This document shows, piece by piece, positions 1 through 11,109 of a DNA stretch of 39,391 nt. The notes below the pieces were generated by a model that worked only from the letters and a program-made list of their open reading frames with translations, had not been told where the DNA came from and did not search any database. The DNA comes from an uncultured Caldilineaceae bacterium (GTDB taxonomy: Bacteria > Chloroflexota > Anaerolineae > Caldilineales > Caldilineaceae), in contig CAYQEB010000025.1 of NCBI GenBank assembly GCA_964416395.1, positions 8,571 to 47,961 of the forward strand. Reading direction: 5' to 3'. A program made the position numbers and the translations under genes. Position 1 is the first letter of the stretch; each line of letters starts with the position of its first letter.

Positions 1-40
1 GGCCCCTCGGGAGCGCCATGCTGCCCGAAGCGCGCTGCCC

Positions 41-2698
41 CTACGGGCTGGCGCCAGTGGGCGTGGGCAGAGGCGAGATGGCCTCCGTCGGGGTGGGCGT
101 GGGGGTCCAGGTGGGAGTGTGGGTGGGCGTAGGCTCCGGCGTGGGCGTGGGGTTCAGCACGGTGACCCGCACCCGGCTCTCGTACTCGTTGCCGAAACGA
201 TCCCGCACCAGCAGGCGCAAAGTGTGGGGGCCGTTGAGCAGCTCCCGGGTGTCCCACTGGCCCAGGACCCCCTCCTCCACCGGTGTGGCCACGGGCCCCA
301 CAAAGGGCAGGCTGAAGGCTCCGGGGCTGTGGCTGATCCCGTACTGGAGTTCGTAGCTGGCGAACCCAGGTACGTTGGCGCTCCCCACCACGGTGAAGAT
401 GCCCGTCACCTGGGCCCCCTCCGCGGGCTGGCGGATGGTCACCTGGGGCTGGAAGGTGAAGAGATCGCTGGGTTCGGTGGGGGGTTGAGGGATGCCGTTC
501 TCTTCGGCCCACTGCCGGTACTCCGGCGGGTAGACCTTGAAGACCTTCTCCTCCACCAGCTGGGCGGGGGTGAACTCGGTGGCCAGCTTGCCGGTCACCT
601 TGTCGATGCGCACCCGGCGCCAGAGATCCTGCTCCGGCGGCAGGGGTGGGCGATCCACGGCGAACCACTGCTTCACCCGCTCCGGGCAGGCCTCGGACGG
701 CTGGGCGCCTGTGTCCGCGCAGACTTCAAACTGCTCCACCCCAGGGGGCGGGGTGAAGTCCACCACCGGCTCCTCGGCCAGGGCGGCCTGCATGAAGCGG
801 TTCCAGATGGGGGCCGCGCCCTGGGAGCCGAAGACGTTGTCCATGGGCGAGTTGTCCGCGTTCCCCACCCAGACGCCAGTGACCAGCTGCGGGGTGTAGC
901 CCACGGTCAGGGCGTCCCGGAACTCGTTGGTGGTGCCTGTCTTCACCGCGGCCGGGCGTCCCAGGTTCAGGGGCGAGTTCAGGCCGAAGACCAGGGAGCG
1001 AGCCTGGTTGTCCCGCAGGATGTCGGTGATGAGGAAGGCGTCCACCGGGCTGATCACCTGTTCCCCGGCCCCGGCTTCCCCGGGCTGGCAGGGGACAGCG
1101 CTGCCCATCTCGCAGATGACGTTGCCCTGGCTGTCCACGATCTTGCGGATGGTCACCGGCGGCTGGCGCACGCCCTGGTTGGCCAGCACCCCAAAGGCTC
1201 CGGTCAGCTCCAGGAGGGGGACCTCCCCGCCGCCCAGGCTCAGGCTCAGGCCGTAGTCTGGCCGGGTCAGGGTGGTGATGCCCAGACGCCGGGCCACCTC
1301 CAGGAAGGGGGGGATGCCCACCCGCTGCAGGGCCCGGACGGCAGGGATGTTGAAGCTGTTGGCCAGGGCCGTGCGCACGGTCACCAGCCCGTGCTCCTTG
1401 CCGTCGTAGTTGACCGGCACGTAGGGCGGGTTGTTCCCGTCCGGGAAGGGCTCCTGGATGTCTGCCACCAGGGTGCCCGGGGTCCAGCGTTCCGCCACCG
1501 GCCGGCCCGGGTCCATGAAGGTGGTCAGGTAGACCAGGGGCTTGAGCGCGCTGCCTGGCTGGCGCGGGGCCAGGGCCATGTTCACCTGGCCGTCGATCTC
1601 CACGTTGTCGAAGTCCGCGCTGCCCACCAGGGCCAGGACCTCCCCGGTCTGGGGGCGCAGGGCCACCAGAGCCCCATTGGAGACGTGGCGAGAGGCCAGG
1701 CGCTGGACCTGTTCCCGGACGATGCGCTGGGCCTCCGCCTGGAGGCGGGAGTCCAGGGTGGTGGTCACATGGAGCCCCACTTTGTAAAGGGCCTCGGGGC
1801 CCAGGAGGGCCTCCAGTTGTTGGCGCACCAGCAGGGTGAAGTGGGGGGCCTTCATGTCGAAGCGCAGAGGCGCGTAGGTGAGGGGCTCCAGCCAGGCTGC
1901 GTCCGCCTCCTCCGGGGTGATGAAACCGGCCTTCACCATGAGGCCCAGCACCACCCCCTGGCGCTCCTTGGCCCGCTCCGGGTAGGTGTAGGGGTCGTAG
2001 TAGGCCGGGGCCTGGGGCAGGCCGGCCAGGAGCGCGGCCTCGGCCAGGGTCAGCTCGTCCGCCTCCTTGCCGAAGTAGGTCTCCGCGGCCGCGTCCGCGC
2101 CGTAGGCCAGGTTGCCGTAGTTGACCTCGTTCAGGTAGAGCTCCAGGATCTGCTCCTTGGAGTAGCGGCGGCTGATCTCCGCGGCCAGGATGGCCTCCTT
2201 GACCTTGCGCCGGGCGCTGCGCTCCGGGGAGAGGAAGACCAGCTTCACCAGTTGCTGGGGGATGGTGGATCCGCCGGAGACGATCTCCCGCTCCTGGACC
2301 GCGTAGTAGAGGGCTCGGGCCAGGGCCACAGGATCCACGCCCCCGTGGCGGTAGAAGTTGGCGTCCTCGGTGGCGATGGTGGCCTGCTGCAGGTAGGGGG
2401 AGATGCGGGCCAGGGGCACGATGACCCGGCGGCCCTCGTTGGGGTCGAAGGTCTCGTTGAGCAGGTTGCCGTTCCGGTCATAGATACGGGTGCTGCGGAA
2501 GGCCCCGGCCCGCTGGGCCAGCTCCCCGGGTGCAGGCAGATCCGCCACCATGCTGGCGTAGGCCACCAGGCCGCCGCCCAGGGCCAGCAGCAGGATGATC
2601 ACGAAGAGGAGCACGCCCACCAGAAAGCCCCGCAGGGCCATGGCCAGCGGGGAGGTGCGGGCAGCGGATCGACGGGATTGCAGCTGATAGTAGGTCAT
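41..2698 (-). CDS. Class A penicillin-binding protein (GT51 transglycosylase + transpeptidase) with extra C-terminal domain and Pro/Thr-rich tail
   Basis: 885-aa ORF, ATG at 2696-2698. N-terminal TM anchor. GT51 motifs [23 protein letters not shown]. Transpeptidase SxxK (SALK), SxN (SFN), KTG (KTGT). C-terminal [21 protein letters not shown] linker. Confidence 0.95.
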   Translation of the reverse strand: MTYYQLQSRRSAARTSPLAMALRGFLVGVLLFVIILLLALGGGLVAYASMVADLPAPGELAQRAGAFRSTRIYDRNGNLLNETFDPNEGRRVIVPLARISPYLQQATIATEDANFYRHGGVDPVALARALYYAVQEREIVSGGSTIPQQLVKLVFLSPERSARRKVKEAILAAEISRRYSKEQILELYLNEVNYGNLAYGADAAAETYFGKEADELTLAEAALLAGLPQAPAYYDPYTYPERAKERQGVVLGLMVKAGFITPEEADAAWLEPLTYAPLRFDMKAPHFTLLVRQQLEALLGPEALYKVGLHVTTTLDSRLQAEAQRIVREQVQRLASRHVSNGALVALRPQTGEVLALVGSADFDNVEIDGQVNMALAPRQPGSALKPLVYLTTFMDPGRPVAERWTPGTLVADIQEPFPDGNNPPYVPVNYDGKEHGLVTVRTALANSFNIPAVRALQRVGIPPFLEVARRLGITTLTRPDYGLSLSLGGGEVPLLELTGAFGVLANQGVRQPPVTIRKIVDSQGNVICEMGSAVPCQPGEAGAGEQVISPVDAFLITDILRDNQARSLVFGLNSPLNLGRPAAVKTGTTNEFRDALTVGYTPQLVTGVWVGNADNSPMDNVFGSQGAAPIWNRFMQAALAEEPVVDFTPPPGVEQFEVCADTGAQPSEACPERVKQWFAVDRPPLPPEQDLWRRVRIDKVTGKLATEFTPAQLVEEKVFKVYPPEYRQWAEENGIPQPPTEPSDLFTFQPQVTIRQPAEGAQVTGIFTVVGSANVPGFASYELQYGISHSPGAFSLPFVGPVATPVEEGVLGQWDTRELLNGPHTLRLLVRDRFGNEYESRVRVTVLNPTPTPEPTPTHTPTWTPTPTPTEAISPLPTPTGASP

Positions 2699-2725
2699 GG
2701 GGCGAAATTGGGTGCTTGGGCGAGT

Positions 2726-4213
2726 TCAGCCGGGCCACTGCCAGGGCAGGGTGTTCTGGTAGATCCAGGCGGCGGTGTGCAGGGCCTGGACCAGGAGCAG
2801 GGGCGCCATCCCCGCCAGGAGGAAGCGCCGCTCCGTGAGCAGCCGGGGCGCCAGGACGGCCAGGAGCAGGGCCGTGGGGATGGCCGCCAGGCTGAAGAGG
2901 TCCCAGTCCCGTTGGCCGCCGTAGTCCGGGTTCCAGAGCCAGGTCAGCAGCAGATGGGCCCCAGCCGCCCAGGCCAGGAAGCCCAGGATGGCCGGCATGG
3001 GCTCGGCTGTGTGGTTGAGACGTGTCCGGGAGCCAGGAAGTTCCCTCTGGGGCGGTTTCCAGCGCAGCCAGGCGCCGCCCAGCAGGAGCAGGGCCGGGAG
3101 CACCCCAGGGGCCACCAGCAGCTGCTCGTTGAGGAAATCCCGCAGGTGGGGCCAGCTGAAGAGGGTGTAGTGCTCCCAGCGGGTGCCGGTGCGGAAGAGG
3201 GGCACCAGCCAGCGGCCGTCCCCGCCGCCGGGCCGGTCGCTGGTCAGCAAGGCCGCCAGCCCATGACCACCCGTCTCCATGAGCAGGATCACACCCCCGG
3301 CCACCAGGAGCATGGGCAGCCCCACCTGGGCCAGGATGGTCGGGAGCGAGGCCGGGCGGCCCCCATTTCCCCGCAGGCGCTGCCAGGCCAGGAAGAGCAG
3401 GCTGGGGGCCAGGATCACCGTGCTGGGGTGCAGGCCGTTGGCGATGGCCAGGGCCAGGGCGGCCAGCCAGAGGGGACGCCGCCCCTGGAGCGCACGGATG
3501 CCCAGCCAGAGGTAGATGAGGATGCCGGCCGCGGCGAAGCTGTAGTTCTCCACGTAGCCGAAGAAGAGCTGCACCAGGCCTAGGCTGGCCAGCAGGCCGA
3601 AGGTGAGCCAGCCCGGAGCTAGCTCCTGGTCCCGGCTCAGGGCCAGGAGGGCCAGGAGGTAGAGGCCGCCGGCCAAGGGGCTGAGGAGGCGGTAGGCGGG
3701 CATGGCGTCGGCCCAGCCCAGGGGCTGGTGCAGCCAGAGCCAGATCCGGCTGTGGAGGAAGACGTCCAGGGGGGCCTGCCAGGAGTAGACCAGGCGCTGG
3801 GCCGGGTCCGGCCAGGCGATGCCCTGGGAGAGGATGTAGGCGTCGCCCCAGCGGGTGTGGGCCAGAGGGAAGCGGAAGAAGGCCAGGAAGAGGAGGGCCG
3901 CGGCCAGGGGCAGAGCGGCCGGAGGCAGGCTCCTGGTCGGGGCAGGGGCGTGGAGGGAGCGCCAGCCCCAGGCCACCCCAGCCAGGACCAGCAGCCCGCC
4001 CAGGATCACGGCCCAGGCGGGCGGGTAGGTCACCGGCCAGAGGCCCCACCAGGCGCTTTCCGGGTCCTGGGGGCCGGGGATGGGCGTGGGGGTGGCGGGG
4101 AAGCTCCGCACCAAGAGGTGCAGGGCCGCGAGCAGCAGGGCCATCCCCTGGAGCCCCAGGACCAGGCGGCGCTGCCAGGAACGAGGCGGGGCGGTGAGGT
4201 CGAGCTGAATCAT
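2726..4213 (-). CDS. Polytopic integral membrane protein, possibly a GT-C-fold glycosyltransferase (family uncertain)
   Basis: 495-aa ORF, ATG at 4211-4213. Many hydrophobic helices by eye. The loop RWGDAYIL after the first helices resembles the acidic first-loop motif of GT-C transferases. Lies 27 nt upstream of the PBP gene and is co-oriented with it. Confidence 0.65.
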   Translation of the reverse strand: MIQLDLTAPPRSWQRRLVLGLQGMALLLAALHLLVRSFPATPTPIPGPQDPESAWWGLWPVTYPPAWAVILGGLLVLAGVAWGWRSLHAPAPTRSLPPAALPLAAALLFLAFFRFPLAHTRWGDAYILSQGIAWPDPAQRLVYSWQAPLDVFLHSRIWLWLHQPLGWADAMPAYRLLSPLAGGLYLLALLALSRDQELAPGWLTFGLLASLGLVQLFFGYVENYSFAAAGILIYLWLGIRALQGRRPLWLAALALAIANGLHPSTVILAPSLLFLAWQRLRGNGGRPASLPTILAQVGLPMLLVAGGVILLMETGGHGLAALLTSDRPGGGDGRWLVPLFRTGTRWEHYTLFSWPHLRDFLNEQLLVAPGVLPALLLLGGAWLRWKPPQRELPGSRTRLNHTAEPMPAILGFLAWAAGAHLLLTWLWNPDYGGQRDWDLFSLAAIPTALLLAVLAPRLLTERRFLLAGMAPLLLVQALHTAAWIYQNTLPWQWPG

Positions 4214-4269
4214 GCCGGTTATTTTAGCCCAGGCGGCGGAGAGCAGCCAAAACCGGGCCCACAGTCCTT

Positions 4270-4298
4270 TTGGACAACCGCGATCCCTGCGCTAGAAT
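4270..4298 (+). promoter_or_regulatory. Sigma-70-like promoter TTGGAC-17-TAGAAT for the GT4 gene at 4366
   Basis: ttggac at 4270-4275, a 17-nt spacer, then tagaat at 4293-4298, inside the divergent 152-bp intergenic region. Confidence 0.5.
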
Positions 4299-4365
4299 TG
4301 AAGGCGTATTGCAATTTTTCTGGCAGGCGCTGTTTCTGGCCGTCACGGTGGACAGGTGAAAGCTC

Positions 4366-5664
4366 ATGGCGCAGGAGAGTTCGTTGCAGAGGGGATCCCC
4401 GCGGGAGGAAGGGCCGGAGCGCCGCTATCGGGTGCTCATGATCGCCCCCACCAGCTTCTTCGCGGACTACGGCTGCCACGTGCGCATCCTGGAGGAGGCC
4501 CAGATCCTGGGGAAGCTGGGGCACCAGGTCACCATCGCCACCTACCACAACGGCAACCCCGTCCCGGGCCTGGACATTCGCCGCACCCTGCCCATCCCCT
4601 GGCGGCAGCACTACGAGGTGGGCTCCAGCCGCCACAAGATCGCCTTCGACGCCCTGCTGGGCCTGCGCACCCTCTCCCTCCTGGCCCGCCGCCCCTTTGA
4701 CATCGTCCACACCCACCTGCACGAGGGCGCGCTCATCGGCCTGGTCCTGGGGCGCCTCTTCCGCAAGCCGGTGCTCTTCGACTTTCAAGGCAGCCTGACG
4801 GAGGAGATGATCGACCACCACTTCCTGGAGCGGAACAGCCCTCTCTACGGCCCTCTGCGCCGCCTGGAGACCTGGCTGGACCGCACCGCGCCGGCCATCC
4901 TCACCAGCTCGGCCCACGCGGAGCGACTCCTGGTGGAGGAGTTCGGCTGCCGTCCGGAGCGCATCCAGACCCTGCCGGACTGCGTGAACGGGGAGACCTT
5001 CCGTCCCCGGGGCAGCTACCCCGCCCAGGAGCTGGAGGCCCTGCGTCGGCGGCTGGGCATCCCGCCAGGGCGGCGGCTGGTGGTCTACCTGGGCCTGCTG
5101 GCCGAGCACCAGGGGATCAGCCACCTGCTGGAGGCCTTGCGCCTGCTCCTGGCCCAGCGCCAGGACCTCCACCTGCTGCTCATGGGCTTCCCCAACGAGC
5201 TCATCTACCAGGAGAAGGCCCGGGAGCTGGGCATCCAGGACTTCATCACCTTCACCGGCCGGATCCCTTACCAGGAGGCGCCCCGCTACCTGGCGCTGGG
5301 GGATGTGGCCGTGGCTCCCAAGCTGAGCCGGACCGAGGGAGCGGGCAAGGTGCTCAACTACATGGCCGTGGGGCTGCCCACCGTGGCCTTCGACACCCCG
5401 GTGGTCCGGGAGTACCTGGGGTTGGATGGGCTGCTGGCCCCGCCCGGGGATGCGGCTGGCCTGGCCCGGCAGCTGGGGCGGGCCCTTTTCCCTGGGGGGG
5501 ACGAGGCGGCCTGGCGGCAGCGGCTGGGTCAACGGCTGCGGCAACGGGCCTTGACCCACTTCAGCTGGGAGAAGGCCGGTCGCCAGATCGAGCAGGTCTA
5601 CGGCCATCTCCTGGGGGAGACGCCCACGCTTCGCTCCCTGGAGGCGCCCCGGGTGCGGCGATAG
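4366..5664 (+). CDS. Glycosyltransferase, GT4 (GT-B fold) family
   Basis: 432-aa ORF. N-terminal RVLMIAPTSFF strand. C-terminal GT4-type segment PKLSRTEGAGKVLNYMAVGLPTVAFD (E-x7-E region). Confidence 0.88.
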   Translation: MAQESSLQRGSPREEGPERRYRVLMIAPTSFFADYGCHVRILEEAQILGKLGHQVTIATYHNGNPVPGLDIRRTLPIPWRQHYEVGSSRHKIAFDALLGLRTLSLLARRPFDIVHTHLHEGALIGLVLGRLFRKPVLFDFQGSLTEEMIDHHFLERNSPLYGPLRRLETWLDRTAPAILTSSAHAERLLVEEFGCRPERIQTLPDCVNGETFRPRGSYPAQELEALRRRLGIPPGRRLVVYLGLLAEHQGISHLLEALRLLLAQRQDLHLLLMGFPNELIYQEKARELGIQDFITFTGRIPYQEAPRYLALGDVAVAPKLSRTEGAGKVLNYMAVGLPTVAFDTPVVREYLGLDGLLAPPGDAAGLARQLGRALFPGGDEAAWRQRLGQRLRQRALTHFSWEKAGRQIEQVYGHLLGETPTLRSLEAPRVRR

Positions 5665-5796
5665 GGAACAGGCGTCAGTGGGCGTCAAGGGGATCCGCCC
5701 TCCGCTCCTGACGGAAGCCCTGCGTCCCCCTGGAGTGTCGTTTTCCCTGGCCCAATCCGCCAAAATCCATCAGTCCACCGGTTGCCCAATCTCTCG

Positions 5797-7548
5797 CTAT
5801 CCCTGCTCTCCCGTCCTCCTTCTTTCTCCTTTTTTCCACAACGCCCGCAGTCGATGAGCCGCCAACTTGGGCCGCCGGTCCCGGGTGAAGACCCCCTTGA
5901 AATTGAGGGCCATGGGCCGTTTCACCCCCTGGGCTGTCTTGAAATCGCACAGGTTCCAGACGTGCTGCCCCGCCACGAAGGGCCGGGCCTCCATCACCTG
6001 GACGTAGCCCTGGAGGAGGGCGGCCTGGTACTCCTCGCTGAACATCTCCGGCGGCAGGGCGTGATGGCCGGGAATGGCGTCCGCGCCGAACTCCGTGACC
6101 AGGATGGGCTTGCCGAAGCGGGCGTGGGTCTCGTCCAAGATGCTGGCGAAGGCCGCGAACCCCTCCTCCAGCCGGCCCGACTCCTGGTACCAGCCCCGAT
6201 AGAGGTTCAGGCAGACCAGGTCGAAGAAATCGAAGGATTCCTCCTGGGTGGCCAGGTCGCTGACGATGGTGACCGGCCGGGTGGGGTCCAGGGAGCGGGC
6301 CAGCCGGTAGAGCTCCCGGAAGAAAGGGACCGCGGCCGGGCGCAGGGAGCGGGGCTCGTTGGCCAGGCTCCAGGCGATGACGCTGGGGTGGTTCTTGTCC
6401 CGAGCGATGAGCTCCCGGGTGAACTGGCGGCAGAGGGCCAGGCGCCGCTCCAGCCCCTCCTCCTGGAAGAAGAGGCCCACGGCCGGGGTCTCGTCGATGA
6501 CCAGGAAGCCCAGCCGGTCGGCCAGATGGAGCTCTTCCTCCGCGTAGGGGTAGTGGCTGGTGCGGAAGGAGTTGGCCCCGATCCAGGCCAGGAGGGCCTG
6601 GTCCTTGACCATCACCGGAGGCAGGAAGCCCCGCCCCACCACGGGAAAGTCCTCGTGGCGGCCGAAGCCCCGCAGCACCACCGGCTCCCCGTTCAGGAGC
6701 AGCCGGTCCCCCTCCACTGCCACTGTGCGGATGCCCACGGGCAGCTGGTAGCGGTCCACCACCCGGCGGCCGTCCAGCAGCTCCACCGTCAGCGCGTAGA
6801 GGTGGGGCGTCTCCGGGGACCAAAGCCGGGCTTCCGGGATCGCCAGCTCGCCCTGGGGTGAGCCGCCCGAGGGGATCTCCGTGACCCACCGGGCGCCCTG
6901 GCCTGCCAGGGTGAAGCGCAGGCCCCCGGCGCCTCCCTGGAGGGCCGCCTGGACCTGGACCAGGCCGGTGCGGCCCTGGATCCCGGTGGTCACCGTCAGG
7001 TCTGCCAGGCTGACAGGGGCTGTGGCCACCAGGTGGACCGGCCGCTGGATGCCGCAGAAGGGGAAGAAGTCGAAGGTGGCCGGGGGCAGGATGCCGATCT
7101 GGTGGCTGTCCAGGGGATCCTCCACCTGGCCAGGGGGCACCCGATCCCGGGCCAGGCGGCCATCCACCCGCACCACCAACAGGTTGTCCTCCTGCAGGTG
7201 GGGCGTGATGTCGAACTGGAAGGGCAGGTGGCCCCCTTCGTGGTGGCCCAGGTGCACCCCGTTGAGCCAGACATGGGCCAGGTAGTTCACCGAAGCGAAG
7301 TGCAGAGCGACCCGCCGCCCCTCCCATCCCCAGGGCCGGTGGAAGCGGGTGCTGTACCAGGCCGGGCCCAGGAAGTCCCGCAGCTCCGGGATCTGGTCGT
7401 TCCAGCTGGCCGGCGCCCCGATGGGACGGCCGGAGAAGCCCTGGCGCCAGCCTGCGTCCTGGCCCTGGTCCTGGGGATCCGGGCGAAACTCCCAGAGGCC
7501 GGAGAGGTCCACGGCCTGGCGGAAGGGGTTGGATTGGGGGGCGAGCAT
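5797..7548 (-). CDS. GH2 beta-glucuronidase-like glycoside hydrolase
   Basis: 583-aa ORF with AAGGAGG SD upstream. Acid/base motif NHPSVIAWSLANEP, nucleophile motif ILVTEFGAD, and a C-terminal N-x-K element (ALNFKGVFTRDRRPK) aligning with the glucuronide-recognising NxK of E. coli GUS. Confidence 0.88.
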   Translation of the reverse strand: MLAPQSNPFRQAVDLSGLWEFRPDPQDQGQDAGWRQGFSGRPIGAPASWNDQIPELRDFLGPAWYSTRFHRPWGWEGRRVALHFASVNYLAHVWLNGVHLGHHEGGHLPFQFDITPHLQEDNLLVVRVDGRLARDRVPPGQVEDPLDSHQIGILPPATFDFFPFCGIQRPVHLVATAPVSLADLTVTTGIQGRTGLVQVQAALQGGAGGLRFTLAGQGARWVTEIPSGGSPQGELAIPEARLWSPETPHLYALTVELLDGRRVVDRYQLPVGIRTVAVEGDRLLLNGEPVVLRGFGRHEDFPVVGRGFLPPVMVKDQALLAWIGANSFRTSHYPYAEEELHLADRLGFLVIDETPAVGLFFQEEGLERRLALCRQFTRELIARDKNHPSVIAWSLANEPRSLRPAAVPFFRELYRLARSLDPTRPVTIVSDLATQEESFDFFDLVCLNLYRGWYQESGRLEEGFAAFASILDETHARFGKPILVTEFGADAIPGHHALPPEMFSEEYQAALLQGYVQVMEARPFVAGQHVWNLCDFKTAQGVKRPMALNFKGVFTRDRRPKLAAHRLRALWKKGERRRTGEQG

Positions 7549-7643
7549 GGGGCCTCCTTGGGGAAGAGCTCGTCGAAGATGGGCAGGGACGCGCAGGCGT
7601 CTCGGGGGCTGTTCCTCCTCCAGGACCCTGGACCACCTGGGAT

Positions 7644-10040
7644 CTAAGCCGTCAACTCCTCCAGCCGCACGTGGCCAGCCAGAGGGTAGGCCCGGCCTTC
7701 CACGTGCAAGCGGCCTGTCACTCCTGGGGGCAAGGTGATCTCCCCCTGGAGTCGGCCGTCACGGACCTGGAAGGCCACCTGGATCTCTCCCTGGGGGTGG
7801 GCCAGGCGACCGTGGGCCCACTCCAGGGATCCCAGCAGGGGGCGGATCTCCACGGTGCGGAAGCCCGGGCTCCCCGGACGGATGCCCAGGATGGTGGCGA
7901 AGTAGTGGAAGATGGGGTGGGAGGCCCAGGCGTGGCAGTCGGAGCGGGTGGGCTCCTGCTTCTCTATGGTGGTGCGCAGGCCCCGGTCCAGCATGGCCCG
8001 CCAGTCGCCCAAGCGATCCCGCAGGGCGTCCCCCCAGCCCAGGAGCCGATAGGCTTCGAAGAGGTAGTGGGTGAAGTAGTAGGTGGGGCGCAGCAGCCCT
8101 TCCCCCTGCAGGAGCCCCTGGGCCACCCGCTCCTGGATCGGCGGGGGAAGTTGACCGCCCAGAAGGGCCAGGGCCTGGCTGTGCTCGCTGAAGACCTGGC
8201 GGGCCTCGTCCTCCGCCAGGAGGCCCCGGTCATCGTCCCAGAAGCGAGCCAGGGCGGCCCGGGCCAGCTCCTGGGAGCGGCGACGCCAGCGCTGGGCCAG
8301 CTCCGGCTCCCCCAGCTGCTCCTCCAGCTCCCCGGCCAGGCCCAGCACGTGGACCAGCTGCCAGTTCATCAGCCCATTGCGGCCCTCCACCCCGCCTGGG
8401 GGGATGCCGTCCTCCCAGCTCTCCACCCAGTCCATGAAGTTCCAGCCCTCGGGGGCCGGCAGCAGCCCCTCCCCGTCCACCAGGCCCAGGATCCCCTCCA
8501 GAGTGGCCCGCATCCCCGGCAGCAGGCGGCGCACATAGGCCGGATCGTCCCGCCAGTAGGCGTAGTCGTGGAGCATGGCCACCCACCAGAGGGCGAAGGG
8601 GGGGATCACCTGGGTCTCCCAGGCGGGATAGCGGGCCTGGGTCAGGCCGGAGGCCAGGCGCGAGCTGTCGAAGAGGGCCAGGGCCTTGCGGGGCAGGCGG
8701 TCGTCCCGGCTGACCACGTAGGTGCAGAGCATTTCCAGCCGGGTGTCCCCCGCGTACATGAGCTCCTCGTAGTAGGGGGCGTCGCAGTAGGTCTCGTGGC
8801 TGCACATCTGCAGGCTGCGCAGGAAGAGGGGCTGCAGGGCCTGAAGCTCCGGGTCCGGCGCGGTGAAGGCGCTTTCCATGGCCAGGGGGTAGCGAGTCTC
8901 CTCCAGGATCAGGCGGTGGATGACCAGGGGCTCCTCCTGGGTCTCCACCAGGAGCTCCCAGAAGCGGCCGGCCTGCCACCAGAGGCTCTCGAAGCGGCGC
9001 TGAGAGCCGCCGTCCGGGTGGAAGGTGTCCCCTACGCCCACAAAGAACTTGTCCGCCACCTGGTCCCGGTGGCCCTTGTGGCTATCCTTCGGCTCCGGCG
9101 TCTGGAAGAGGGTCTCCGCGGCGTGGAGGCGCAGGGTGCTTCCCGCTCCGCCGGAGACCAGCAGGGTCGGGTAGAGACAGAAGTACTCCTCCATGTCCAG
9201 GATGACCCGCCGCCGGGTGTGGGCCGGCACGCTGACCGGGCCTTCTCCTCGCAGCAGGGCCTGCCAGGCCTGGGCTTCCTCGGGCCGGTGCTGGGCCGGC
9301 TGCACCGGGATGGCCTCTGGCGTCAGGCTGGGGATGGGAGCCACATGGCGCACCTGGCCCACCCGTCGCTCCTCCGTCAGCATGGGGGGCAGGGTGGCTG
9401 GGCACAGCCGGTGGATCCCGTGCCAGGACCAGCTCACCACCCGGCCTGCGCCTGGTTCCGTGGGGGTGGCCGGCCGCCATCCTGCTCCTTCACCCCGCTG
9501 GAAGCCCCAGGGAAAGCGCCGCCCGTCCACCCGGATCCGCGCGCCCCGCCAGTGGGTCAGGGGGAAGGGGATGAAGCCGTACCCGTCCAGGCGCTTGGCC
9601 TCCCAGGGAGCCACGCCGGTGCTCAGGAGCGGATGCCAGGGCCCCTCCGCGCAGAGGAGGAAGCCAGGGCGCACGCTCATCTGCGCGACGGGGCGCAGGG
9701 GGCCCAGGGACCAGACCCGGGCCACCAGCATGTGTTCACCAGGGGGCAGCTCCAGGGCGTAGGACTCGTAGAACCAGTGGTTGGGGTCCCCCCGCTCGCT
9801 GCCCCGGCCCACCCGCTTCCCATCCAGGAAGAGCTCGTAGCGTTCGTCCGCGGTGACGTGGACGGGGATGGTGGCGGCCTGTTCCAGGTGGAAGGGCAGG
9901 CGGTAGGCGGTGACGAAGGGGGGATCCCCGGCGCGGGGGCAGGCGATCCAGTGGCAGGGCCAGAGGCCCCGCTCCCGCCAGGGGCGGCCCCGGTTGGCGG
10001 CCAGGAAGGGGTCTCGGCTCACAGAGATGCGTTTGGTCAT
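7644..10040 (-). CDS. Alpha-L-rhamnosidase-like (GH78-like) six-hairpin glycoside hydrolase
   Basis: 798-aa ORF, ATG at 10038-10040. The N-terminal CHWIACP...ERYELFLDGKRVG segment and the C-terminal (alpha/alpha)6-like segment with DCHAWASHP resemble bacterial rhamnosidase-family proteins. Assigned from memory of the family, not from a search. Confidence 0.7.
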   Translation of the reverse strand: MTKRISVSRDPFLAANRGRPWRERGLWPCHWIACPRAGDPPFVTAYRLPFHLEQAATIPVHVTADERYELFLDGKRVGRGSERGDPNHWFYESYALELPPGEHMLVARVWSLGPLRPVAQMSVRPGFLLCAEGPWHPLLSTGVAPWEAKRLDGYGFIPFPLTHWRGARIRVDGRRFPWGFQRGEGAGWRPATPTEPGAGRVVSWSWHGIHRLCPATLPPMLTEERRVGQVRHVAPIPSLTPEAIPVQPAQHRPEEAQAWQALLRGEGPVSVPAHTRRRVILDMEEYFCLYPTLLVSGGAGSTLRLHAAETLFQTPEPKDSHKGHRDQVADKFFVGVGDTFHPDGGSQRRFESLWWQAGRFWELLVETQEEPLVIHRLILEETRYPLAMESAFTAPDPELQALQPLFLRSLQMCSHETYCDAPYYEELMYAGDTRLEMLCTYVVSRDDRLPRKALALFDSSRLASGLTQARYPAWETQVIPPFALWWVAMLHDYAYWRDDPAYVRRLLPGMRATLEGILGLVDGEGLLPAPEGWNFMDWVESWEDGIPPGGVEGRNGLMNWQLVHVLGLAGELEEQLGEPELAQRWRRRSQELARAALARFWDDDRGLLAEDEARQVFSEHSQALALLGGQLPPPIQERVAQGLLQGEGLLRPTYYFTHYLFEAYRLLGWGDALRDRLGDWRAMLDRGLRTTIEKQEPTRSDCHAWASHPIFHYFATILGIRPGSPGFRTVEIRPLLGSLEWAHGRLAHPQGEIQVAFQVRDGRLQGEITLPPGVTGRLHVEGRAYPLAGHVRLEELTA

Positions 10041-10059
10041 GGAGGGGTCCTCTGCCGGG

Positions 10060-11022
10060 TCAGAGCTGGCTCATGAAGTGGAAGACGGCGTCGGCATGGC
10101 CCGGCAGGTTCTCGTGTCCGAAGTCGGGGTAGAGGGCCAGGGATTTGGGGGCGCGGATCTTGTTGAAGGCGGCGAACTGGGTGGAGGGCGGGCAGGTGGT
10201 GTCCATGAGCCCCACGCCCATGAAGACCTCCGCCTGGATGCGGGGGGCCAGGTGCTGGACGTCGATGTAGCCCAGCTTGGTGAAGAATTCCTCCTCCCGT
10301 TCGTGCCGGGGATCCCGGGTGCGGAACCACTCCTGGAGCTCGTTGTAGGCTCCTCGGATCATGTCGATGTCCCAGACCCGGCGGTAGTCGGTGAGGAAAG
10401 GGTAGACCGGCGCGGCCCGGCGGATGCGGGGCTCCAGTGCGGCGCAGGCCAGGGTGAGCCCACCGCCCTGGCTGGCCCCGGTGGCGCCCACCCGCTCCGG
10501 ATCCACCTGGGGCATGGCCATGACGATGCGGGCCAGCTGGACCGTGTCCAGGAAGACCTGGCGGTAGTAGAGCTTCTCCGGCGCGTCCTCCACCCCCCGA
10601 ACGATCTGCCCCCGCAAGGTCCAGCCCTGGACTTGGGTCACGTCCTGGGAGAGGCCGCCCTGTCCCCGGCAGTCCAGCGCGGCCACGGTGAAGCCCTGGG
10701 CCACGTAGCCCAGCTTGGCCGACCAATCCCCGGAGCTGCCGGAGTAGCCGTGGAAGAGGAGCAGGGCCGGATGGGGCTCCGGGGCCTGGCTCGGGTGGAG
10801 GAGCTTGGCGTGGATCCGGGCGCCTCCCACCCCGGTGAAGGTGAGGTGGAAACAGTCCGCGAAGGGGGTCTGGAAGTCCGCTGGGCGCAGCTCCACCCGG
10901 GGATCCAGGCTCTCCAGCTCGTCCAGGGCGGCGGCCCAGAAGGCGTCGAAGTCCGGGGGGCGAGGGTTGGTCCCCTGGTAGGTGTGAAGCTGCTCCAGGG
11001 GCATGTCGAAGAGAAGGGGCAT
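10060..11022 (-). CDS. CE7 acetyl xylan esterase / cephalosporin-C deacetylase family esterase
   Basis: All three CE7 signature motifs are present: RGQ (LDCRGQGG), GxSQG (GASQGGG), HE (FGHENL). The N-terminus [17 protein letters not shown] matches the typical family start, so I chose the ATG at 11020-11022 over the TTG at 11040 used by the ORF track. Confidence 0.92.
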   Translation of the reverse strand: MPLLFDMPLEQLHTYQGTNPRPPDFDAFWAAALDELESLDPRVELRPADFQTPFADCFHLTFTGVGGARIHAKLLHPSQAPEPHPALLLFHGYSGSSGDWSAKLGYVAQGFTVAALDCRGQGGLSQDVTQVQGWTLRGQIVRGVEDAPEKLYYRQVFLDTVQLARIVMAMPQVDPERVGATGASQGGGLTLACAALEPRIRRAAPVYPFLTDYRRVWDIDMIRGAYNELQEWFRTRDPRHEREEEFFTKLGYIDVQHLAPRIQAEVFMGVGLMDTTCPPSTQFAAFNKIRAPKSLALYPDFGHENLPGHADAVFHFMSQL

Positions 11023-11109
11023 GGCGGGCTCCGGTGGCAAGGTGGGCTGTAGCTGGGTGGCGTGGCTGGACGTCGGACGGGGGGAGCGTGGACGGAGGAG
11101 CGTTGGGCC

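Noticed and set aside
60-175. Repetitive GGCGTGGG/GGTGGG DNA at the left edge
   Set aside because: It is the coding sequence (minus strand) of the Pro/Thr-rich C-terminal linker of the PBP, not a non-coding repeat.
119-3583. Very long ORFs antisense to or out of frame with annotated genes (e.g. 119..3583 +, 2478..4049 -, 4219..5763 -, 5675..7636 -, 7671..10076 +, 26059..27435 -, 37404..38945 +)
   Set aside because: Their translations are dominated by Arg/Gly/Pro/His/Ala/Gln low-complexity strings with no recognisable motifs. Each is fully shadowed by an ORF with clear family signatures. Long stop-free antisense frames are expected in GC-rich DNA with GC3-biased codons.
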